Source: Sphaerodactylus townsendi
Lineage: Eukaryota
Assembly (NCBI RefSeq): GCF_021028975.2
Contig: NC_059425.1
Span: 111,910,001-111,974,000, forward strand
DNA: 64,000 nucleotides
Direction: 5' to 3'
The notes beneath the pieces are model-generated. The model was given only the letters and a program-made list of their open reading frames with translations. It was not told where the DNA came from and ran no database searches. The translations under genes were made by a program, and so were the position numbers. Shown in pieces: positions 10,882 through 22,923 of the stretch (the first letter of the stretch is position 1; each line of letters opens with the position of its first letter).

Positions 10882-13704
10882 GTCCTTGCTGTGACAAAAC
10901 ATTACCTCTCTGAGGAAAGTAATGGCATTCAGTGTGAGATTGTGTCTGACCCTACTGTTGTGATAGCACTGCTATAGTTAAAGCACATATACACAGACCA
11001 GAAGATCTGGGTGGTTTTGGGTAACTGAGGAGCTCAGGTTGAGATACTATATATCCGAGGGTTTTTCCTGCCTTTGAGCAGCAGTGGTGTAGTAGTTAGG
11101 TAGTTAACATACTTTTTTTCATTACTCTTCTTGTGGTGCCTGGTTTAGTTCTGTTTTGTCTGTCTGTAGTATGTTTTTTGATTCTCAAAATTTGAAATAA
11201 TTGTGCTGGGTTGGATCTTGCTCACAGCATGGAGTTCGTGGAAACAAAATCCTGTGACCCTTAAAATCTTGTGATTATGTTGAGAAGATCATTGTGCCCC
11301 ACCTCCATGAAATATCAGTTATGTGGCAAAGGGGAAAGCTGAGAATACTAGTCTCAGCATGATCCTTGTGTTATGTAGTAGCTAAAGAGGTATTCATTTC
11401 CTTTTTCCATTAATGAAGACATTTTTTGAAAACAAATCCATTATCCAGGTTACGTATCTCTATTAATGAGGGCTGTGTATAGGGTATTGTTAATTTCTGT
11501 TTCCTAGTATTATTGTAGTTGCATTTTGTGTGAACAGATATTGTTAATTTTTTTGATGTCTGAGCTGCATAAGGGGACATGGACATATGAAGAAGGCTTG
11601 GACATGTAGCTTTAAAGGGAGGCAGATGTCCTATTTTTAGGATATGGAAACTTACTGGGAAAATTATTCCAATAATTATAGGACACCTTTCACCTGTGAG
11701 AAGTGAAGGTCTTGTTTTGTCTGTATCTTTCTCAGCAATATATGATTGGGAGTTAATTCTTTCAGTAGGCAACATTTTGAATAAAATATGACGTACTCTA
11801 GAATGTATTTTTTTTAATCATATGCATGCTTGTAGAGGCAGAGTACTCCTCACAACTGCTCTTGGACTTTGGTGCAACTCATGGAACTGTGAGAAAAAAT
11901 TTCCCAAACTCATTCCAGTTATTGTTTGTGGTATGGTGACTAGGGAGGGTAATAATTGTTGGTATTATTGTGGTGAAGGGATTCTGATTGTTCCTCTAGT
12001 TAAAATGTATTACAAGCCAACATATTCTACTCATTAGCTGACTGTGACTTGAATTTCTATGCTTTGCGCAATAATTTTTTTCTCCCCAATTAGTCATTAA
12101 GGTTACTGATTGTTATTTAATGGATGTGATAATGATGGACTTCTCTCCCTAATTACTAAAAATTGGTGTCCTGCAAATGTGACAGTCAGTGCATTAGAGT
12201 TATTGGATCTTGCACTTCTCTCCATCCCCCCGCCCCATGTTTCCCTCTTAGTAATCTGCTCAGCAGTTTCAGTGTGTTGATACACCACTGAGCTCAGTCC
12301 TCTCTCCTAAGGAAAAAACTTTGGCACACTATTTGCTGGTCTCATGTGCACCTCCGACTGTTAAGACCTCTGTTAAAATGCTTGCGTGGAATGTATCACA
12401 TTTATGTAAACGCAACTGTAGTTTTAAAAAGTGAAAGGAAATGTGGGTTGTGTTATTTTGTAAATGATCCTATTGAATTCCATGCTTTTGGGGTAGGTTT
12501 GAAGAAACTGAACCTGAACTTCACCACAAAAATACCAATAATTGCTACCCTGCTTAGTCATTGTATTGCAAATAGTAATTGGAATGACTTTGGGAAAACA
12601 CCATAATCTTTCATATACATCCATGAGTTGCACTGCAGTCCATAAGCATTTGTGTGGAGTGTAATGCCTGTTACTGTGTCTTAAACTGAGATTTAGTTTG
12701 TGCTGTGCATTATAGGCTGTTGCCAACAGAATCAGTGGGGATACATATGTGCCTCCTAACCTTGATGTGAGATTTAAAATCTATATATATGCAGGTGTAA
12801 TCTTGAAGGTGATAATTCTGGAGGAAGTGTTGCTGGGTGGAAGAAGACAACCCTGAATTGAACTAGATGTATTGAACTAGATGTATTGAACATAAACAGG
12901 AGGAAAAGTGAGAAAGGAAAACAGACTGAAAGACAATTCAATAAAATGTACATATTGGAGACTGTAGTAAAACCTAGTAAATTAGGCAGATGGGGAATAA
13001 GCAAGTAAATCCCATCAATCAGGGAGTAACCAGACAGCAAGTAATTAAATCAGTCCTAGTGGATGCTGTCCTGCTAAACTAGATATATCCACCCACATCA
13101 AGTCCATTTGTGTAGAATCTGCCCCAAGAGAGAAATGAAAAAGGGCAAGGAATAGCAGTATTGTGAGGGAGGAGGTAATCAGGGTTAACAAAACAATAAG
13201 AGGAAAGATGAAAACTTGCAGGACAGCTTTTTGGGGCTTAGAAGATTAAGGCTAGAGCAGTGTGGAGCCCAGGAGCTTGTGGGGAGAGGATCCCTGGATC
13301 ACGATTCTGAGTAAATCAAGGGAAAGTGGTGGAAGCACTGAGATGAGGACAGGAGCGCCAAGCTGGGGGTGGGCAAGGGAGGGGAGGGAGATGAAAAAAT
13401 AAAACAGAAAGTCTGAGGAACTGTGGAAGAGAAATATCCTTAATTGCCTGATTTCTGTAGCATGAGTAAAGTATAGCACTGTGATAGTGAAGTTGTTTGG
13501 AGAAAGATTGTACTTTGGGAGAAAGGTTTGCTTTGTTGTGGTGGAATGGCAGCTTCTAGGCAGAACTGAATCTAAGTGCCAGCTGAAAGGGGGTTCTGAC
13601 ATACTTAAAATTTGCATCCTTTTCTGACATTTTACAGGAACCAGATTTTTAATGTACTTACTTTGAAAGGGTGCCTCTTGGGCAACAGAAGAGGTTATAA
13701 TGTT

Positions 13705-14315
13705 AGAACATAAGTTAACCCTGTTGGATCAGACAAGCAGTTCACCTAGTCCGGGGGTCTGCAACCTGTGGCTCTCCAGATGTTCATGAACTACAATTCC
13801 CATCAGCCCCTGCCAGCATGGCCAACTGGCCATGCTGACAGGAGCTGATGGGAATTGTTCATGAACATCTGGAGAGCCACAGGTTGCAGACCCCTGATTT
13901 CTAGTCCAGCATCCTGTTTCACACAATGGCCAACCAGTTGCCCTGTAGGGGCAAACACAGCATAGAGGCCAAGACCCTCCCCTACTGATTCATCCCAGTG
14001 CTCATATTCAGAGGTTAACTGCCTCTGGATATAGAAGTTCCATTTGGTTACCATGGCTAGTAGCCATTGATGGACCTCTCGTCTATGAATCTGTCTAGTC
14101 CTCTTTTAAAGCTATCTTTGTTTCTGGTTATCACCGCTTTTCCTGGCAGTGAATTCCACTGTTTACTTGCTGAGTAAGAATCTATTTCCTTGTGACTATT
14201 ATGAATCTGTATCCCAACAATTTCATTGGATGCACCCAAGTTTTAATATTGTTGGGACAGGAGAAAAAGCTCTCTCTATCCACTTTCTCCAATCTGTCCA
14301 TAATTTTATAAATCT
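13705..14315 (-). mobile_element. CR1 LINE 3' fragment, interrupted by a MITE
   Basis: agaacataag...ggatcagac 3' end; the minus strand translates as QWNSLP..KDSFKRGLDRFIDERSINGY, the CR1 ORF2 C-terminus. Confidence 0.8.
13752..13896. mobile_element. Palindromic hAT (Charlie-like) MITE
   Basis: Near-perfect hairpin with C(A)GGGGTCTGCAACC TIRs; degenerate TSD around CTAGTC. Confidence 0.9.
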
Positions 14316-15959
14316 TTGTGGATAAAATTTGTGTTGTAAGGAACATTCATGATAGGATTGAAATGTTGGGTTTATTCTGCAAACATTGGCTGTTCACTTG
14401 GGCCTAGATATGGGGAAAGGCTCCCATTGAGTTGGAAAACAAGCTCTTGATGAGATGTGTGAAAATTTTTCACGTTATCCTGTCTGTTTCATTGTGGAAT
14501 GGTATTTTTTTTGCCTTTAATCCAAAGAATGATTCCATGTTTTGATTAAAGATAAAATCTGTGGACTTCTGGTTCAGAATGGCAGCTGGTGGACGTCTCC
14601 TGAGTCAGCTCTAGAGAATCGAGTCCCTTTCTTAACAATCTCCAGCAGGGGGTCAATAAGTCTCCACTTGCGGGGTAGAGGAGTCCCAGATTAGGAGCTA
14701 GAGAGTTAACTGAAATATCTCCCACACAAACATGCATTCCTTTTTTTCAGTGGAAAAGGTGTCTTTGTTTTAGTAACATGTCCTGGAGGATCATAAAATA
14801 GTGAAGCTGGAATATGGTTGCTTTTTAAAGATGTGTTCCAGAGTGTTAGTTTAAATAAAGCCTCTAAAGGGATCCACGCTGAATGTGTTCCTTTATGAAA
14901 ACAGCCATTTGTGTCTTTCCTTGGATAGAAATTTGTTCCCTATGCTGGCACTCATTGTTGCCCTTTTTTTAACCTCTCTCCATTGTTTTATTTCAAGTAC
15001 TTGAAATTCCTGCTAGACTGCATCTATAAAGGGGAAAGTGGTAATAGAATAGGTATGCGGGGTGGATAAATCGGTGACTGGATGTTTTTGATTTTCTTTC
15101 ATGAACATATTTCTTAATATCTGATATAATTGTGTGTTGTGTTACAGTACTTTGTAATGTTCTACTTTATTCATATGGGAAGGGCTCACAATACATAAGA
15201 CTAAACAAGACATTATCAGCAGAAAAACTGGAAAAATACCTTTAATTATTTTTACCCAATAACTTTTTTCTACTTTACCAATTTAATAACCAGGAACTTT
15301 TAGGGATACTGAGAAACTCCTATGAAATGTATATTTTCTTTTTGCAATGAGGGAAATGAGGAAAGGGTGCATTTTATAGTTCTTACTTCATTTTGGGGGT
15401 GTATTTGCACTTTTGTGGAAAACAAAGGCATTTATAATTTTAAATTCTGTAAATCTGACAATTAATTAAATTCTGTATTCTAACTAAATTATACATTATG
15501 CTTTTCATTATGATAAAGCAGCAAAATAGTTTGGTAGGAAAATAACTTTTTAATATATCATATGAAAGATTTTTCATATTGGAGATTTTAATATCTCCAA
15601 CATTTCAATTTCTTCTAGAAAATAAACAAATCTGAAGTGTCCCCCCCCCCCCAGTGGTGTCAACAGTTCTAGACATTTCAGATTTCTGATCTGATCTTTT
15701 TCTTAGTGTAGTATTAAAGGAACTTAGTTTAAAAATGATGGTTTCTAAAACTGCTTACAATGTCCGGAGGTGAATTTTAGTTCAGAGAAGTTGGCAGAAA
15801 GCTCTTTAGTGCACAGAATAAATGTTTATTTCGGCTTTAGGAACAAAATACCTGAATCATTTGTAAAAGCAAAGGGATTTTCTGCAGTAGAAAGACTAGC
15901 AGTGCATTGTGATATAAAGTTTAATTAGTCAGAGCCTGTGTTTCCAAGTATTTCAGGTT

Positions 15960-16080
15960 CATGCATCTGGTTAAGTGGGCTTTGGCCCATGAAAGCTCAG
16001 GTCACAATAGATTAGTTGTATTCATTTTTAAGATGCTTGTGTTTTCTTCAGCAAGCTAACATGGCAACCGTTCTAGAATT
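15960..16080 (+). mobile_element. Penelope-like element remnant with a degenerate hammerhead motif
   Basis: CTGGTTA-AGTGGGC-TTTG-GCCCAT-GAAAGCTC followed by ...GCTAACATGGC, resembling reptile Penelope terminal repeats. Confidence 0.6.
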
Positions 16081-17292
16081 TAGAACAATATATTGAAGAA
16101 TAAAGTACAGATTTTTGAGTGAAGAAGATCTGTCCATAAGTATGTATGAGTTATTTGGAATGGCAGAACAAAGGGCATTGTTGGTGTAATATATGCATCA
16201 GTATAATGTCCATCAGGTTTCCATTTAAAAATAACAATCTTGAAACACACCACAATAAAAATCCTTATTGTGTTCCACCATTTCCCAGACTTTCGCTTAA
16301 CTGCTTAATGGAATTAAGCATGCTTCACAGACTAGTACTCTGGACAAAATTGTGTAGTGTCAGCTCCAAGACTTTAATAACCATTTTTAAGTAAAGAAGC
16401 CCTAGACCCAGTACTTACGAAATTGCAGCAGAAGGCAGCTAGTCTAAAAATTATATGTTTGTCACTTTCCTATATACAGATGACCAGTGAGCATCATTAA
16501 TCTTCTAATTGAATTCACTTTTCAGAAGAGCGGTCATTTACTATTTTAAATTTTACTGTAAAGCATTTTGAAGATTTTAAAAATGCAGGAGAAGTGATCC
16601 AATGTTGTCTAAAATTTGTCTAGTTTAGTTTTTTTTTTCTGTACTACACAGAATTACATCTTTGGAAAGGAGCCCAACATACAATCCATTCCTCTGCCCA
16701 AAGGCAGGATCCTCCAAATAAATCTAAACCCCATACTTAACTTTTTTTCTGTACAGATTAATCCATATAATTAGACTAGAGAAACAAGACACTCCTTTCC
16801 AGAAGTTTTGAACAGGACTGAAATGCACCTTCTTAGACACACTAACTGATGGTCCAACTGGCTGTATATATTTCTTTCTTTTACTAATAAGCACCTATGA
16901 AAATGTGTGTTCTCTTAAAAGGTTTTGTTCTTAAAGATTCATCTGATGAAACTTCAAATCCCTTTCCTCCTCTGCTAAATTTGTTTTAAGCCTGAATGCC
17001 AACCTTGTTATATTGTAAGTATCTGAGGGCTCTGTGTACAACTGAGTGGACAACTGTTACAAACTTCTTGCCTTTGCTTCCTTTGCTTACCATTGTAGAG
17101 CATCTTTCTGCATCAAGAATGACATGTTTTTGTTGTTCAGATTTAGAAGGCTTCTCCATTTCTTAACTCATGATTAAGATGTCTTTCCAAGATGCTTCTC
17201 TGTCTTCATGAATGTGAACATCTCACCAAACAGTACTTTTCTTTGACCTTTGTTCTGGAATGGCAGTGCTATCTTTAATTTATTTTTTTTAA

Positions 17293-17535
17293 ATGGTAAA
17301 GGTAGTTCCCTGACCCATGTCACATCACAACATTTACTAGGCAGATTATATTTACAGGGTGGTTTGGCATTGCCTTTCCCAGTCATTTACACTGTGCCCT
17401 GATCTTGGAATGTTGGAATACTGAGTCAACCTTGAACTGGCTACCTGGAACAGACTTCCATCAGGATTGAACTCAAGTCATGAGTGGAGCATTAACTGTA
17501 GCACTGCAGTTTACCACTCCGTGCCACAGGACTCT
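17293..17535 (-). mobile_element. Sauria SINE
   Basis: ggtaaaggtagttccct tail; ggtttggcattgcctttcccagtc; gagtcaaccttga; tRNA B-box on the minus strand (gattgaactc). Confidence 0.8.
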
Positions 17536-17636
17536 CCTAAAGTAAATGTAGTCCCCGGTACAGTTGGAGAGGGGGGTTGAACCCCAGACACTGCTTCTTC
17601 AGTATGCATTGCAGGGCTACCCCCTAACTGGCCCTC

Positions 17637-17748
17637 TTCTCCTGGGGGTGGAGTCCATCTCCGCTGGGTGTTTCTCAACCTTCTATTAGGGAGGCAGGCC
17701 TAAACTTTTAATTTCCTGTCCCTGGCTCCTCCTCCGCTTAGGCTCCAG
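17637..17748 (+). repeat. DIRS left inverted terminal repeat
   Basis: Reverse complement of 22924-23038 with 2 substitutions in the inner ~98 bp and a variant outer end. Confidence 0.95.
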
Positions 17749-17943
17749 ATACTTTCCTGCCTAGCTAGGGAGAGCACCTATAGCGTTTGGCTCCGCTATT
17801 TTACTCACTCCTACCTGGACTTTTCTCTTACTCTTTATTCCTTCAACTTACCTTCAATCTGAATTCTACTTCACTGTGGTAGGTAGGGTTCTTTCCCTTA
17901 AACAACCTCCCCCCCCACCTTTCCCGCCAAAACTAAAAACAAA

Positions 17944-19626
17944 ATGGCGGACGGCTCATTTTCACCTCCCAGGCCCCAATTCGCTAAGTCCACAGCGGAG
18001 GCCACCAGATCCTCCACCTCAAGGTCCCTCGACCTAACAGGAGGAAAGAAACCACCCACGAAGGGAAAATCCAGAGAAAAACGTAAGCCGGACGAGGAAA
18101 CCTCCGGCGCATCCCTTGCCACTCCCGTTTCAAACGCGGAGGCAAAGAAACGACGCACCGAGCAGATGGAAGCGCCGGCCCCTCACGAGCTTCAACGCTC
18201 CCAGAGCGAGGCATCGGCTGCTGCTCCTCCCTCCCCACGAGCCTTCTCGGAACAAGACTCTGAAGACAACTTCAGGCAAGATATTAACGACGAAGGAGGG
18301 AGCGGGATGGAAATAGAACCGAGGGAGGATTCTGGGGACGAACCCTTCAACCTCCAAAATATGACCGCTGCACAATTTTCCCAAATACTCAAGGCGGCAG
18401 TAGCAGAGCAGATGCAATCTATTAATGCCCCCACAACACGGCGCTCTCTTCATAAGAGTAGCACAAGCTCCAATAGAAAACACACTTCCCCAGATCAAGA
18501 AGGGAACCCTCTAGCCTTCCCAGGGGAGGAAACATTTAGCGGAGAAGAGACTCTGGAGGAACCAGAGCACTTCTCAGATCAGGAGGAATCTGCCCCTGAA
18601 ACACCAGATCATTTCACCAGATTTTTCAAATTAGAAGACCTGCCCATGCTTATAAATAAAACCATCTCAGCCCTGGAATTACAGGATGAGGAGGGAGCCC
18701 AAGACGCATCTGCCCCATCCACCTCCACCAAACCCGTTAAAGGGAAACCTAAAGGAAACAAAAAAAATTTCCCTCACCAGGACTCAGCCTCCAACTATTT
18801 TCCCATTCCGGAATATTTAGAAAGAAAAATTAGAAAGGAGTGGCAACAACCAGGGGCAGCGAGAGGCTTACCCTCCACCATCAAAAAATTATACTTGGTG
18901 CCAGAATACATTAATTCCATGCTAAAAGTGCCCCTAGTGGACGCACCGGTAGCAGCACTGCAATCAGGAGGTCTGGTCTCCAAAGACGGAGACGGCTCCA
19001 TTAGGGATGCCATGGATAAGCGCTCAGATGCTTCACTAAGAAGGGCCCACGAATGGACAGCCACCGCAATGAAGGCGTTAGCCCCATCAGCAGTAGTCGC
19101 ACGCGCTCTCTTAGTTTGGTCAAACAGAGTCATGGCAATGATACCACCCGAAAGCACGGCACTCAGGGAGGGCATCCAAAGAATTCTTTGCGGAGTCTCC
19201 TTTCTAGCCGACTCAAACCTGGATGCCCTCCTCCTCTTGGCCAGATCCATGGCAGCATCCATAGTAGCCAGACGCAACAGCTGGCTCAGGGCTTGGCAGG
19301 CAGACCCCCACTCTAGGGTACTGGTGGCAAACTACTCCTTCCAAGGGGAAATGCTCTTTGGCAAAGAGTTGGACCAAGTGCTCACAGAAACAAGAGACAA
19401 AAAGAAAATCATGCCCAAATTTGTGAGAGCCGACCGGCTTCAATTTCAGAGAAATACATTTAGATCACACCGCACATTGCCAAGAGCTCCAAGAGACCTC
19501 CCCCGACAGAACTGGAGACCCCCCAACTCCTTTCGTGGCCGTGGCTCCTTTCGAGCCCACCACTACCAGTCCACACAAACCAGAGCAGACAAATTCGGAA
19601 AGTTTGACAAATCAGGTAAACAATGA
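17944..19626 (+). CDS. DIRS gag-like ORF1 (560 aa; LAP2alpha-like C-terminal domain)
   Basis: Uninterrupted ATG-initiated ORF; acidic disordered N-terminus; EW..P...KLY...VPLVDAPVAAL...D.MDKR..; RR..WL..W.AD; F.G..LFG.ELD, typical of vertebrate DIRS gag. Confidence 0.9.
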   Translation: MADGSFSPPRPQFAKSTAEATRSSTSRSLDLTGGKKPPTKGKSREKRKPDEETSGASLATPVSNAEAKKRRTEQMEAPAPHELQRSQSEASAAAPPSPRAFSEQDSEDNFRQDINDEGGSGMEIEPREDSGDEPFNLQNMTAAQFSQILKAAVAEQMQSINAPTTRRSLHKSSTSSNRKHTSPDQEGNPLAFPGEETFSGEETLEEPEHFSDQEESAPETPDHFTRFFKLEDLPMLINKTISALELQDEEGAQDASAPSTSTKPVKGKPKGNKKNFPHQDSASNYFPIPEYLERKIRKEWQQPGAARGLPSTIKKLYLVPEYINSMLKVPLVDAPVAALQSGGLVSKDGDGSIRDAMDKRSDASLRRAHEWTATAMKALAPSAVVARALLVWSNRVMAMIPPESTALREGIQRILCGVSFLADSNLDALLLLARSMAASIVARRNSWLRAWQADPHSRVLVANYSFQGEMLFGKELDQVLTETRDKKKIMPKFVRADRLQFQRNTFRSHRTLPRAPRDLPRQNWRPPNSFRGRGSFRAHHYQSTQTRADKFGKFDKSGKQ

Positions 19627-21514
19627 CGCCGACACCATACCAGTGGGAGGGAGACTCTCCCACTTCTCCAAACAATGGAGAGGGGAACACACAGACAATT
19701 GGGCACAGGAAATCATTTCCTCAGGCTACCTCATAGAATTTGCTCACATTCCAAAACCACGCTTCTTCCAAACCTCAAATTCCAAGAACCCTCCCACACT
19801 GTCCCGCAACCAACTAGCAGTTCAACACCTACTAGAGATAAGAGCAATAGAAAAGGTCCCCTCACAGGAGAAATCATTAGGCATATACTCACATTTTTTC
19901 ACAGTCCCCAAAAAGACCGGGGACTGGAGAGCCATTCTAGACCTAAAATACATCAACAGGCACATCAAACTCCGTCATTTCCGTATGGAATCCCTCTGCA
20001 CTATCACGGAGGCGCTTTGCCCAGGGGAATTCCTCACATCCCTGGATCTAACGGAAGCTTATCTTCACATAATGATCCACCCATCACACCGACAATACCT
20101 AAGGTTCGTCTCAAACAACCAACACTATCAGTTTCGTGCTTTGCCGTTCGGCCTCTCCACCGCACCCAGAATATTCTCAAAGGTCCTACTAGGTCCCATA
20201 ACACTCCTATGCAAACAGGGAATTCATGCACACCCCTATCTGGACGATATCCTGGTCCGATCTCCCTCCAGGGAACAGGTGCTCAAGGACATCCAGATAG
20301 TGCTCCTCACCTTGAGACAACACGGGTTCTTGGTAAACATAGCCAAAAGCTGTTTGACACCATCACAAGAAATGGAGCACTTAGGCGCCATCATTTCAAC
20401 AACAAAAAATCAACTTTTCCTTCCCCCATTCAAGATTGCATCGATTCAAAAGAAAACGACAGCAATTATCCTAGCCAGACAATCCTCTCTACTTTGTCTC
20501 ACAAGCCTCTTAGGCCAGTTCATAGCAGCAATGGACATGGTGCAATGGGCAAGATTTCATGCACGTCAGCTACAAATCTTTCTTCGCCCATTCCAATTAG
20601 ACATCATGAGAAAGAGAGACCGCTCACTGACCCTGAAACCATCACTGAAGTCCAGCCTTCGATGGTGGACCATTCAAAACAACCTATCACAAGGGAAGAC
20701 CTTCCTATTCCCCAAACGTCCATAAATATTTTCGGACGCCAGCCTCAGGGGCTGGGGAGCAACACTGAACAACAACTTCGTACAAGGGACCTGGAACAGC
20801 ACAGAATCTGCACTTCCAATCAACATCTTAGAAACTCGAGCCATTCTCCTCGCTCTCATACAGTTTCACCCACAGATAAAAAATCAACACGTCCTCATAA
20901 GAACGGACAATGTCGCGGCCAAAGTATACTTAAACAATCAGGGAGGATCCAGATCCTCAAGCCTATATCGAGAGTCAGCAAAGATCCTCACATGGTCAGA
21001 GAAAAACCTAAAATCCATGCAAGCAGACCACATACAAGGAAAACTAAACATCTCAGCGGACTGGCTGAGCAGATCCACAATCCAAGAGGTGGAATGGTCA
21101 ATCAACAGAGAAACCTTCCTTCTCGTATCCCAATACTACGGAATACCAGAAGTCGACCTGTTCGCTACAGCGGACAATGCACAGCTCCCATCTTTCATGA
21201 CAAGATACTTTCACCCAAGAGCAATAGCAGTGGATGCAATGACAGCTCCATGGCCACACACACTCTTGTACGCCTTCCCACCACTCCCACTCCTCCCCAG
21301 ATTCCTCAGGAGAGTCTATCTAGAAAAAGCAAGAGTAATACTCATTGCGCCACACTGGCCCAGGAGGCCCTGGTTTTCGACCATAACCGAGATGTCCAGC
21401 AGACCTCCACTGAGACTCCCATCGATACCAGAACTACTTCACCAGGGCCCGATAGTGCACCCAGACCTCGGCTGGTTTCAACTAACTGCCTGGACATTGA
21501 ACGAAACAACCTAA
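19535..21514 (+). pseudogene. DIRS pol: reverse transcriptase, RNase H and DNA adenine methyltransferase-like domain; one in-frame TAA at 20723-20725
   Basis: VGGRL; LDLTEAYLH; LPFGLSTAPR; PYLDD. Same frame after the stop: IFSDASLRGWGA; INILE; RTDN; N..ADWLSR; VDLFAT..DAM..W....YAFPP; APHWPRRPWF. Confidence 0.93.
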
Positions 21515-22542
21515 GGAACAAAGGCTATTCCAACAAAATAACTAACACCCTATTGGCATTACGTCGCCCCTCTGCCAACAGAATATATAACTACACCTGG
21601 AAGGCCTTCCACAGATGGTCTAGACGTAAGAAAGTCAATCCACAACACCCATCTATAAACAACATCTTAGAGTTTCTTCAAGATGGTGTGGATTCAGGCC
21701 TTAAAAGCTCCACACTACGTAGACAGGTGGCCGCGCTCACTACAGTATGGCCACTATTCGGGGGAATCCCGGCATCCCGACACCCAGACCTACTCAGATT
21801 TCTAAAGGGAGTTCAACAACTACAGCCTCCAACAACCCACAGATTTCCATCCTGGCGCCTACACTCTGTTCTAACCGCTCTCACCAAAGCACCATTTGAA
21901 CCGGTACAATCTATCCCTATCAAGTGGCTAGGCATGAAAACTCTGTTCCTCATCGCATTAACATCGGCCAGACGGGTCTCAGAAATAAGATCCTTATCGG
22001 TAAACAAAAACCTCTGCATCTTTCACTCAGACAAAGTCATACTTCGCACAGACCCAGCCTTCTTACCGAAGGCAGCATCTCGATTTCACCTAAAACAGGA
22101 AATCGTAATTCCAAACTTCTGCGCCAACCCCAAACACCCACAGGAACATCTGTGGCACAATCTGGATGTAAGGCGCTCCTTGAAGGCCTTCATAATTAGA
22201 ACAGAGAACATTCGCAAAACTGAAAGCCTCTTCATCAATGTGACAGCTCCAAACATAGGTCACCAGATGTCCTCGGCCGCTATCAGTTCGACCCTTAAAA
22301 ACTGCATGGCAGAAGCCCACAGAGCTCTGAACTCACCAGTGCCTACAGGAATCACGGCACATTCCATTTGATGCACTGCAACCAATGCTGCCCTACTGCA
22401 CCAGGTCTCAGTAGAAGACATCTGCAGAGTGGCGATCTGGTCCTCACCATCTACATTTACCAGACACTACAGACTTCACTCCTGGTCTGCAGCCCAAAAG
22501 GCATTTGGACAGAGAATCTTGGAACACATCATAGGAGAATGA
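19675..22542 (+). pseudogene. DIRS ORF3: long overlapping N-terminal region plus tyrosine recombinase; nonsense TGA at 22369-22371
   Basis: LTSARRVSE (catalytic R); HSI* where HxxR is expected; the same frame continues CTATNAALLHQVSVEDICRVAIWSSPSTFTRHYRL...GE* to 22542. Confidence 0.93.
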
Positions 22543-22579
22543 CAGTCCCACCCGCATCAGGGACACTGCTCTGGAAGGT

Positions 22580-22670
22580 CCCAGCGGAGATGGACTCCGC
22601 CCCCAGGAGAACGGTCCATTGGACACTTACCGTGAAGGGCCCTTCTCCTGGTGGGCTAGGAGTCCATCTC
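22580..22670 (+). repeat. DIRS internal complementary region (ICR)
   Basis: 22580-22611 is the reverse complement of 17637-17668 (1 mismatch); 22610-22670 is the exact reverse complement of 23011-23071. Confidence 0.96.
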
Positions 22671-22923
22671 GACCCTTTCCTACCGCCTATTCAATTGGAT
22701 GTGTTCCAAAATTTCTATTTCTCTGAATACCAGATAACGCTATCTCAGAATTCTAGCCCTATCACACTTGTTCATAAATTTGCACTTAGAGACACAGTTA
22801 CAGTTACAGTTCCACTTTTTCTGTCACCTAAGTACACTCCAGTTACCGGAGTACTGTTTATATTCGTTATTCCTGTTCCTAATTCTTTTTTCGCTATTCT
22901 TAAACACTGCTTTGACAGTCGTA

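Noticed and set aside
9926-10902. Cluster of 60-207 aa ORFs
   Set aside because: By-product of a GC-rich palindromic hAT element; the same peptides appear on both strands.
16941-16960. CTGATGAAAC as a hammerhead core or snoRNA box
   Set aside because: No stem II, partner box or terminal stem.
17629-17645. Left flank GGCCCTC-TTCTCC resembling the inverted right extension GGGCCC-TTCTCC
   Set aside because: Only about 5 bp of similarity, and the ICR junction fixes the boundary at 17637; probably chance.
20700-20740. Frameshift between RT and RNase H
   Set aside because: ORFs 19535 and 21017 are in the same frame; the break is a single TAA.
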